A stretch of DNA of 63,854 nt, counting the filler, from an uncultured Methanosarcinales archaeon (lineage in GTDB: Archaea > Nanobdellota > Nanobdellia > Woesearchaeales > JABMPP01), in the NCBI GenBank assembly GCA_964604995.1. It is 4 parts of 4 records of this genome, joined end to end, with 100 filler letters (N's around TTAATTAATTAA, not from the genome) between each part and the next. Parts side by side here need not be neighbours in the genome. Positions count along the whole stretch, not along the records: positions 19,525 to 35,386 come from CAZSAD010000035.1; positions 35,487 to 50,262 come from CAZSAD010000036.1; 2 more parts are not named here. One strand, 5' to 3'. Position numbers and translations under genes: made by a program. Of the stretch, positions 30,101-38,400 are shown piece by piece (the first letter of the stretch is position 1; each line of letters opens with the position of its first letter). The notes below the pieces were generated by a model that did no database searches, had not been told where the DNA came from, and was given only the letters and a program-made list of their open reading frames with translations.

Positions 30101-30813
30101 TGAGGTGCTGGAACAGTCTGTTTGGCTTGTGATGCATTCTGAGTCCATTCCTTTCTTACAACAAATGAAGTTGATGCAATTTCTGAATCAGAGAGATTAT
30201 ACATTGTGACAATATACAACCCTTCCTTTTTCGGACTGAATTCTATTGTTTCATTACTTCCAAGATATTCATAGGTTTTGCCCGGAGTCATAATTGTTAT
30301 TTTGTATTCATGTAAGTTTGTATCCACATTTATTTGGACCTTGTCCCCGACAGTATATTCGAGTTGCGATGTGCTAATTGTTGCATTGAATTTCACAATT
30401 GACAGCATTTCAAACACTACATCTGTTTCATTATAAATTTGCATTCCTGACGATGTATTTACAATTGTGAAAACATAAGTTCCCGTTAATTTTGGTGCAT
30501 ATGTTATGCTACTTCCTGGCTGAGTAAGGTATTCAAATGTTCTATTGTCTAAAGTCATGTAGACTGACATTCCCTCTTGCGGAACAAATGCAACAACAAT
30601 GTTATCTTCGAGCATGTAATTTACAGAGCCTACTTGTTGTGTAAATGCTATGAATAATATTGTTGAAATTAATAAGAACAACATTGATGAATTGAAAATA
30701 GATTTAATTTTAGTATAACTATTCGCATTATTTCTAGTATTATTTCTAGTATTATTTCTATTTACATTCCTTCTATCAGAGTTTATAAGAGGTGGTTTAC
30801 GCATTTGTACCAC
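24169..30813 (-). CDS. giant surface glycoprotein (about 2210 aa, Ig/FN3-like repeats; true start likely ATG 30804)
   Basis: N-terminal hydrophobic segment, dense N-x-S/T sequons, repeated L.SP.NN ... YNW.V.C.D.AG units; RBS GAGGTG precedes ATG 30804. Confidence 0.9.
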   Translation of the reverse strand: MVQMRKPPLINSDRRNVNRNNTRNNTRNNANSYTKIKSIFNSSMLFLLISTILFIAFTQQVGSVNYMLEDNIVVAFVPQEGMSVYMTLDNRTFEYLTQPGSSITYAPKLTGTYVFTIVNTSSGMQIYNETDVVFEMLSIVKFNATISTSQLEYTVGDKVQINVDTNLHEYKITIMTPGKTYEYLGSNETIEFSPKKEGLYIVTMYNLSDSEIASTSFVVRKEWTQNASQAKQTVPAPQLGLVEISNVTNISNVTSIPSQQQKSVIQQLNITFDKETYFVEDAIGVSFNVPVSDIEISFGTISYVYSGAETETISFVALYEGKYTITARYANLTANKTFYVATKAPLLTDAVELKKIDGSKYSAILSATEAFGLGKKVTSLQIGKVYNVEINLTSSKIKGIKINDLNFSGNISLKIDDASKKSYTILPAYDQKNIVKSYAIDPTSINFTSAIVTSVAEGTELYKCWNYSYDTRTCNGDFMKVMDIVPGQEYSFVLTPDDPLYSELNNTVSCSCTGSSVPAPSYSTCTISCPVNIGTPSGNVISAYLQIIAYDVTVTISSQAGGGIAPGSGIHNGTFDWDGNPATGQVFIGETAQDNSFSATWQNSTITSSSGLTNSNCSTWSLGYCDWDINLYTQIRSSKTNKNAQTSITLNWINYTWNYTLNTPPVFLNNFTNATTINAGDTVKHSVLWNDTTMNLSNYIFEWNATGVNCNAGLQNVSSGQLSGTLVWSNVSLTIPAACEGKTIAWRMHANDSFNEWNRTNLLYYTVQNSPPIINDSTHAINVTKLNSGQIVMLSVNITDNSGNLSSVLFTVNNTNRTASNNYPLFYYNWICNQSIKSGYYNWTATYAFDAIGNSDSNNSFAYLWLCDGTFPTITSSTIAKNDSIVKLDESIKINVSIYDDTNIINTTIFTINGINYTANRNGNESYYIWTCPSEGDYYLTNIFTNDSVDNRISNDTVNLNWTCDTTNPAITLLFPENNNFFAARPMNFTYSVYDLNGLSFACNLIINGVTNATDTLIAENNIPRNITANLTDAIYNWTVNCTDTAGNVGTTNPYVVKVDTRAPVIQLITPVNNTLNATSNNIRFKFNITNESLIVDNCSLILNNVSSNFLPGPVAVGTVQQMVTVVSNGNYNWSVTCIDTAGFVGTSIIYNLTVLVINDINAPLVDLISPENNSWINYTTNIALTYLPDDISNITNCSLYINSTYNRTSSNILTGQNNNFTINLTDSYSYSWYVNCTDNSSNHNTGVSKTWFFSIDATLPLAFNLTSPLNNTISTNLSPTFVWNQSSDFTFANYTIYVDNDSNFNSPDYSYTTSNVAETSKVFDLLDNTRWYWHVTAIDFGLNTKYSNQTFEYVTDNTNPSVLNFTVNDSDRIVRSDYMLNFTVNVTDTNGILAVYMNGTNMTRIGTSTLYRALNTTAQFGCMLDTNCTFTVNAYDMAGNLNSSEIITLEIDDVSPDPINLDQPLSQTESTNVSPTLNWTISADTHFKNYTILISNSSTFSTINYTFANILNVSNNTLYLPINLTMNKVWFWKVIGYDILNNERNSTQIFNYTTDNIAPVINTTSPGNNTIYNLSSLITFNYIINDANTINNCTLTINDLVDRTITPPPAIEKNTTLQLSTSLTNGDYNWSISCYDLAGNYNVSKTMYFTMNLSYPLTRWTVANASSGAVTTTPVNLSTIDDGLENQRTVSVANGATVLMINSTTSNGVGSNGLFIPAGTGAGFGATLSKAGTVAGGRLSWQLFYINNTQPPVLISQYGEITSGGLATSTTAKRNYTAFGNSSLTSDLYLNSSAKLQLLVWARSAAETTTRNYILYWEGGSQTYANISSYHLGFLQSNLSFPTTNVTYPFNSTFVVTCNVSCTEGYCINTEVKLQMNTTSTGWEDINSTSGNLIFNDTSFTNPTVLGIVNSTPTYRNYTLYANQASTFNNLRCIATSDYSSTNGTLIQYVNVTSLNQAPTIQSISIPSTIDLISGSTTKVYCNATVFDTNGESDIVSLNATLFNNITSNHTDVDNLNRHYTNSSCINVSSTATTKTFTCGFDVYYFATNGTWICNVTANDTFGLKANNFSSTFINDLLAINVTTLVDYGEILPGSTSTVDTNATIYNIGNVQLDLNLWGYGLNYTTGDNLSMVCERGSIPIYNQRFNLTTSGLSYSLMTNLTGTVQGVTYTNFDLAKATSILGSNKTTYWKLSTPLSVRGMCNGTIVMGAVNG

Positions 30814-31405
30814 CTCTTGAATTTTCTGACTTCGAAAGTTTCTTAACAGATACTTTGTTTTTCTTAACAGAAGCCCTGTTAATTACTGTCCAGATAGTTT
30901 TACTGCTTCTTCCTAATAGAATTGAAATTTGTTGGTTTTGCAGACCTTTTGTTTTTAGGAAGAAGGCAGTTGATTCAAGTGGACTTAAGCCTAACTTTTT
31001 TCCTTCTGATAAGATTGATAATGGAAAGAATGCATTGCTTTGAAAATTTGGTTTAGTAAATAATTCGCCTTGTCTTTTTTTAGAAGCACGATTGTATAAT
31101 GTCCATGTGTTTCTCTCATCTCTATTTGTTAAAATAGCAATTTGATGATAAGATAATTTGTAAACTTCTCTTAAATATTCAACAAGAGTTTCTGAAAAAC
31201 TAAGTTTTCTTTCGAGAAAAATTGCAGTAGGGATTAAAATGTCATAAGATTTTAGAATTTCTTTAGCCTTTTTACTATTACTTTGTGTTAGAATTTCTGC
31301 TCTGCACTGATCCCAATAACTATTTTTAGACGTAAGATTAGTGCTTAAACTGTGTTTTCTGACTGTAATATTACATACACCTAGGTCTGCAAACCTTAAT
31401 TCTTC
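30797..31405 (-). CDS. tandem-HTH DNA-binding protein absent from the ORF track (no ATG/GTG/TTG; possible ATT start at 31369)
   Basis: Manual translation gives ...ILIPTAIFLERKLSFSETLVEYLREVYKLSYHQIAILTNRDERNTWTLYNRA...FFPLSIL...LSPLESTAFFLKTKGLQNQQISILLGRSSKTIWTVINRA...; paralog of 45092-45574. Confidence 0.8.
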   Translation of the reverse strand, partial: EELRFADLGVCNITVRKHSLSTNLTSKNSYWDQCRAEILTQSNSKKAKEILKSYDILIPTAIFLERKLSFSETLVEYLREVYKLSYHQIAILTNRDERNTWTLYNRASKKRQGELFTKPNFQSNAFFPLSILSEGKKLGLSPLESTAFFLKTKGLQNQQISILLGRSSKTIWTVINRASVKKNKVSVKKLSKSENSRGGTNA

Positions 31406-31697
31406 CTACATTGTATGTATGATTATATAAACATTTTGTTAATATATGAAAGAAATTAGAAAAAATAGTATGGAAAAACATAAAAATTATTTAACAAGCA
31501 ATTTCACAAATTTATCAACTTAATACCCACCTAATAGATAAAAATATAAAACAAATAAGGTAATTTTTTGTGGGTTTGAAAGTTAGTTTTAAAGAATAAT
31601 TCTTACTATGTAAGAATAGAAATATTATTTAGTATGTATTTGTACTAAAAAATCATAAAATATACATTTTACTATAATGTTATATAAAAATAGTAAC

Positions 31698-31745
31698 TTT
31701 TATATATTACGGAGTATGTAGTACGATGTAGTAAGATGTAGTATG
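31698..31745 (+). promoter_or_regulatory. TATA box followed by three phased ATGTAGTA direct repeats (putative RHH operator)
   Basis: TTTTATATAT at 31698-31707; ATGTAGTA at 31716, 31726 and 31736 (10-bp period). Confidence 0.6.
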
Positions 31746-31764
31746 TGCGTTATGCATTATCAAA

Positions 31765-31965
31765 ATGACTAAAGAAGAATTTAGTGATGATTCAAAAATG
31801 GATGATAATGAAAGAATCACAATTACAATAGATAAAAATCTTCTTGATTGGTTAGATAAAAAAATTGAAGAGAAAACTTTTGCCAATAGAAGCCATGCTC
31901 TTGAATTTTTGTGCTTTGAAAAAAAAGAAAAAGATGCAATGGATAATATTTCAATTCAAAAATAA
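31765..31965 (+). CDS. ribbon-helix-helix (CopG/Arc/MetJ-like) regulator
   Basis: ERITITIDKNLLDWLD...FANRSHALE. Confidence 0.85.
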   Translation: MTKEEFSDDSKMDDNERITITIDKNLLDWLDKKIEEKTFANRSHALEFLCFEKKEKDAMDNISIQK

Positions 31966-32012
31966 TGAACCAAAATTAGTGATTTTAAAAAAAGTAAAAA
32001 AGAGTAATTAAT

Positions 32013-32177
32013 ATGAAAGAAAGAATAACAATCACAATTTCAAAAGAAATTCTAAATTGGTTAGATGAAAAAGTAAGTGAACATATATTTGCCAATAGGA
32101 GTCATGGTTTTGAATATTTAATTGCTAAAAAAATTCGTGAAGAAAAACTTGGGAGAGTAGTTAAAAATGATTGGTGA
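32013..32177 (+). CDS. second ribbon-helix-helix regulator (54 aa, below ORF-track cutoff)
   Basis: MKERITITISKEILNWLDEKVSEHIFANRSHGFEYLIAKKIREEKLGRVVKNDW*; paralog of 31765-31965; overlaps the next start. Confidence 0.85.
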   Translation: MKERITITISKEILNWLDEKVSEHIFANRSHGFEYLIAKKIREEKLGRVVKNDW

Positions 32178-35100
32178 TTTAAACAGAAAATTAAAATTTC
32201 AACAGGATAAGAAAATTAATAGGAAATTTATTGTCTCAATTGTTATAATTTTATCTCTTTTTATTGCAATTTTTGGAATCAATAAATATGTAGGATATGT
32301 AAATTACCATGCTGCTTCAGGAGGACAAGTAACAGAATTAGTAATTACTTATTTTAATCAGACATTTTTTTGGGCAGGATTTTATGGTATAGCTTTAAGA
32401 GAGCCACAATTCAATGCAACTATTGATCATAATGTATATGGTGGAAGAATAGATCAAAAAATTCTTTTGTTCCAATGTATGCAACCTAATATTGAAAATG
32501 AAATATACACTTCAATTAAACCAGTTTCACAATTAAATTTTAGTCAGATTTATCCTGCTAATTTAACAAAAGCTGATTTGGCTTTTGGTATTGATCCCAC
32601 TTCAGCAGATTCCATAACTAAAACTTTCAATGGAAATTTTATGAATCTTAGTGTTGGTCCAAATATGACACTAAGAGGTATTCCTAGCACGTATACTTAT
32701 CAATTTAATGGAGTTTATAATCCACCTAACCAAATGTATGATTTAGGAATTATTGAAGATGCTAATGGAAATTTTATTTTTGTAACCCATAAAAAATTAG
32801 GATATATTGCATCTTACTCTCCAGAATTTCCACAAATAAATTACCAGTTAATTATACCAGTTAATTATTCTGGACAAAAATGGTATTTTTTTACTGATCC
32901 ATTTGATGTATGTCCGGCAGGAAATTTAACAACTTTGCAACCAGGTTCTATAGAAGGTTATGTGCGAGATAATCAAACATTATTACCCATGTATAATGTA
33001 AGCATTAGCATAGCAGGTTCAACTGTTTATACTGATGAAACTGGATATTATATAGTAAGTTCGCTCGAAGGTGAAAATAATATAATTGCTGTAAAGGAGA
33101 GATATGAAAATTATGTATCCCCTATTAATATAACTGCTGGAACAACTCAAGTTCATAATTTTTCTATGAGAGCAGTGCAACCAATTAGATTTAATGGAAC
33201 AGTTATAGGGTATGTGATAGATAATACAACTGGACTTCCAATGTTTAATGTCTCTGTTAGTCTTGCTGGAACAACTACAACAACTAATTTATATGGTTTT
33301 TATAACATAAGTGTTCCTTATGGAAATCATAATTTAGTTGGCACAAAATTAATATATAATAGTTATGTTGGAAATGTGTCAGTTCCTCCTGAAGCTACAA
33401 CAACTTATAATTTTACATTAACTAAAACAAAATTTGGTATTTCTGGAGAAGAAGGCATTGTTCGTGGATATGTTCTTGATAATGAAACTTTAGTTCCAAT
33501 GGAAAATGTTACAGTTACTGTTGCTGGTGCTTCTTTTTTTACAAATTTCACAGGAAGATATGAAATGACTGTAATAACTGGAAATTATTATATTACTGCA
33601 ATAAAAGAAGGTTACCAAACAGCTGCTCAAAACATAACAATACAAACTGGAGTGCCACTTGAATATAATTTAACTTTGATTAGAATTAATACTTCTGTTG
33701 GAATAGATTTAAAGCAAGGATTTATCTTTGGAATAGTAAAAGATAATAAAACAGGATTTCCTTTAGAAGATGCAATTGTTAGTATTTCTGGGAATTCTTT
33801 TACTACAAATGAAACTGGAAATTATAGTTTAACTTCAACAACTGGACCTCATAAAATTGTAGCCACAAGATTAGGATATGATGCTTATGTTAATGATGTT
33901 ACAATCAACGAATCTGTATATTTAGAACATAATATTTATTTATCACAAACACAACCTCAATTAACAAGTACTAGCACTAGTACAAGCAGTAGTTCTGCAA
34001 CTTCTACATTAAATGATGTTGGACCAAATATTGGACCATCATTCCAAACTATGGAAGAAAAACCAGGAAAAATTGTAGAATATTTAATGACACTAAAAAA
34101 AATAAAAGAAAGATTAAGATTTGGAACATTCATTAAAAGATATTTTCAAATTGATAATTATAAAGACACAGAAATGCATCTAAAATTTGATACTCTGGGA
34201 GATATCAATGATATTTTAAAAGTAAATCAAAAAGAAGTTATTATCCCTCCAAATGGAAGTATTGAATTAGAATTAACTATTCTTGGAAACAAAAAACCTG
34301 GAGTGTACCAAGGAACATTTTTTGTAGATGGTGATTTTAATGAAACTATTCCAGTTGAAATCACAATTCTCGAAGAAGAAAAAATGCCAATAGAAGCATT
34401 ACTTATACGATTGACTCCTATTGAAAAAGAAATTATGATAGGCACTCCAGTAAAATTCAAAGTAGATTTGTATAATTTATTAACTGATCAAACATATGAT
34501 GTTAAAATAAATTATGATTTAAAAAGTATGAATGTGAGCAATGCTACGTTTACTTTAGAAACTGACCAAATCAAACTTCAAACATCACATACTATAATAA
34601 AAACATTTTATCCTCCAGAAGATATTCCAACTGGAGATTATGTGATAACTGCAAGAGCAGAATACTTAAATCTTTCAAGCATTGTAACGTCAGTAATTAC
34701 AATAAAAAGACCATTTTATAGATATGCACTGTTTGGTTTTTTACCAGTATGGACACTTCTTCCAATTATACTTAGTTTAGTTATTGGAACTGCAGCTTAT
34801 AGTATTATTAGAAAGAAAATGGAAGCTAAGAAAAAGTACCATACTGCAGTTGAGCAAAACCTTATTCCGCAAGAAGGCCAAAGAAGCATTAGGGTTGGAA
34901 AAATTGCAGAAACAACAAAAAGAGCATATATTGATATTGATAGGTTAACAACGCACTGCATTATTGCAGGCTCAACTGGTGGCGGAAAAACAGTTGCTGC
35001 GCAAGATATTATTGAAGAATGCTTAGATAAAGGAATTGCTGTAATTGTATTTGATCCAACTGCGCAATGGACAGGAATGCTAAGAAAGCAAGACAATAAA

Positions 35101-35386
35101 AAAATGCTTGCAATGTTTAAGGATTTTGGATTAGATCCAAAAAAAGATGCTAAAGGGTATCCTGGAAATATTAAACCTATTACTAATGCACTTCAAAAAA
35201 TTAAACTTAATGATTATATGAAACCAGGGGAGATACAAGTATTTACAATTAATACACTAGATCCAAAAGATATTGATATTTTTGTAGCTAATACTGTTAG
35301 GGAGATTTTCCATTCTAATTTACAAGAAGCCCAGGAACTAAAAGTTATGGTTGTTTATGATGAAGTACATAGATTGCTTCCTAAAT
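32167..35386 (+). CDS. extracellular repeat protein fused via a TM helix to a HerA/DUF87-like P-loop ATPase (3' truncated at contig end)
   Basis: Signal anchor; four G.I.G.V.DN carboxypeptidase-regulatory-like repeats; S/T linker; TM helix about 34728-34808; HCIIAGSTGGGKT (Walker A), VFDPT, VMVVYDEVHRLL (Walker B). Confidence 0.88.
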
Positions 35387-35486
35387 NNNNNNNNNNNNNN
35401 NNNNNNNNNNNNNNNNNNNNNNNNNNNNNNTTAATTAATTAANNNNNNNNNNNNNNNNNNNNNNNNNNNNNNNNNNNNNNNNNNNN
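35387..35486. other. artificial contig linker
   Basis: 44 N + TTAATTAATTAA + 44 N. Confidence 0.97.
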
Positions 35487-38400
35487 AGATAAATTAACAA
35501 TCGAATTATACATTCCAGATACAGGTGTTAAACTAGTTGGAGTTGTGGGTACAAAATTTAGTATTGTAATTGTTGAGCTATTTAGCCATGAACTAAATTC
35601 TCCTCCATCTAACGCTTGACAGCTTAAAGTCCAATTCTGATTAGCAATAATAGAAATATTAATCATATCCGTAATATTAATTTCCAATCCTTGTGTAAAT
35701 GAACCACCAGTTGCTCCAGTTTTATTTACAACTCCATTTTTATACCATATCCATGAATAATAAAGATTAGTTCCATCTACATCAGTTGCATTACAATATC
35801 CAAGTAAGGTATCATTTGCATATGCAGCTATTGGGTTAATTCTAGATGAAACTAAAATTGGTACACTGTTTGATATTGTAAGAATAGTACTATTTAGCCA
35901 ATCTGTAACATTTGCTGTATCATTACCTTGACAACTAAGTATCCATGATTGTCCAATAGTTAAATTACTTGATGAGATATTTGCAACATTAATTTCCAAT
36001 CCTTGTGTATAATTGCTAAATGTAGAATTGAAAATATTTATTACATCATTCAAATACCACCTATAGTTATAATACAATACTTCTCTATCAGCATCTGTCG
36101 CATTACAATATCCAATTAATGTATCATTTATGTATGCAACAAAAGGCATTATTGTCGAAGTATTAATTATGGGTACATTATTTGAGTAAGTTCTAATTAA
36201 GATATTTGAACTATTCAACCAGCTACTTACATTTGCTGTATCATTACCTTGACAACTAAGTATCCAATTCTGTCCAATAGTTAAATTACTTGATGAGATA
36301 TTTGCAACATTAATTTCCAATCCTTGTGTATAATTGTTTGCAGTTACTCCTATTGTATTCAATACTCCATTCAAATACCATTGCCAATTATAGCTAACAT
36401 TATTGTTATCTACATCAGTCGCATTACAATATCCAATTAATGTATCATTTGCATATGCATCTATTGGACTAATTCTAGATGAAACTAAAATTGGTACACT
36501 ATTTGGAATATTTACTGAACTGCTATTTAGCCAATCTGTAACATTTGCTGTATCATTACCTTGACAACTAAGTATCCATGATTGTCCAATAGTTAAATTA
36601 CTTGATGAGATATTTGCAACATTAATTTCCAATCCTTGTGTATAATTATTTGCAGTTACTCCTGTCCCATTTAATACCCCATTTAAGAACCATTTCCAAT
36701 TATAGCTAACATTATTTCCATCTACATCTGTCGCATTACAATATCCAATTAATGTATCATTTGCATATGCAGCTATTGGAGAGATACGTGAAGTATTAAT
36801 GACTGGTAAAGTGTTTATAAATAGTTGTTCCATGAATATTATGCTACTATTTACTGGTCCTATTATTCCATTAATATTATATGCACCGCATTCAAACATC
36901 CAATTTCCACCCTTGGGATTATTTCCAAGTGAATTAATAAAATAATTATTTGCAGCAGTAAATCCAATACTTGATGCAACAGAATTTATTGGTGTTGGAC
37001 TATTACGTTGTGTTGTTGTTCCATCACCTAATTGTCCAACATCATTAATTCCCCAACATATTGTCTGTGAATCATTTGAGCGAATAGCACAAGTATGTTG
37101 TCTAAATGAACCTCCTCCTGAACTTACTGAAACTATTCCAGTTGTTAGGTTAATAAGATTTGGATTAAGGCGTTGAGTTGTTGTTCCATCACCTAATCCA
37201 GCATAACCATTATATCCCCAACATAAACCAACACTATCATTTATACGAACTGCACAGGTATAATCAAAACCCGAACTGACTGTAGTAAATCCTACTGTCG
37301 AATTAATGAGATTTGGATTAAGATGCTGTGTTGTTGTTCCATCTCCTAAACGTCCATTACTATTATCTCCCCAACATAATATTTTCGAATCATTTGAGCG
37401 AACTGCACATGTGTGTGTTTGTCCAGCACTTACTAAATTAAATGCATCTGTTGAATTAATTGGTGTTGGATTAAGATGCTGTGTTGTTGTTCCATCACCT
37501 AATTGTCCATAACCATTATATCCCCAACATAGTATTCTCGAATCATTTGAGCGAACTGCACATGTATGATCCCATCCTACACTTACAGAACTAAATGCAT
37601 CTGTTGAATTAATCAATGTAGGATTAGATCTTGGTGTAGTTGTTGTTCCATCACCAATTCTTCCATTATCATTAAGTCCCCAACATAATATTCTCGAATC
37701 ATTCGATCGAATAGCGCAGGTATGCATAGCATTTTTACTTAAATCAATAAATCCTGCTGTCGAATTAATAAGTGTGGGATTATTGCGTTGCGTTGTTGTT
37801 CCATCCCCTAATTCCCCATAACTATTTTTACCCCAACATAATATTCTCGAATCATTTGAGCGAACTGCACATGTAGATTCATCACCAAGAAATTCTCCAG
37901 CACCAACTACAACATCATATGCATCTGTCGAATTAATAAGTGTGGGATTATTGCGTTGCGTTGTTGTTCCATCCCCTATTTCTCCATTACTGTTATATCC
38001 CCAACATAAAACTTGAGAATCATTAGCACGAATAGTGCAACCATGTACGTATCCTACACAAACAGATTTAGTATTTGCAACAGATCCTGAACGATTAAAT
38101 ACATCATTTCTATACCAGGTGTAATTAAAAATTGTTGGAGGAGCTACACTTGGCATTGAAATGTTGCAATATCCATTAATAACGTCCCCTGTGTCAATAC
38201 TTATTGAAGGGACAATGCTTGCATTTAAATAATTTATAAAAGCAGTTGAACTAGTTTTCCACGAAGAATTACCAACTGAATTACTTGCAAGACAACTTAA
38301 ATACCACAATTGTCCTTTAGTTAAATTAATATTTGAGATGTTTGCAATATTTACTTCTAGTCCTGAAGAATAATTTTGTGCAGTAATTCCACTGTTGTTT

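Noticed and set aside
30728..30760. 12-nt tandem repeat encoding NNTR units
   Set aside because: In-frame microsatellite in an unstructured N-terminus; it cannot shift the frame.
31406..31411. TAG recoding suggested by ATG-TAG, and by TAG at 19813
   Set aside because: Multi-kilobase ORFs and all conserved genes have no internal TAG; the 19813 case is a frameshift, not read-through.
36975..38070. CRISPR array or DGR template/variable repeats
   Set aside because: The repeats are in-frame RCC1 coding units. There is no repeat-spacer pattern, and no cas or reverse transcriptase gene in the window.
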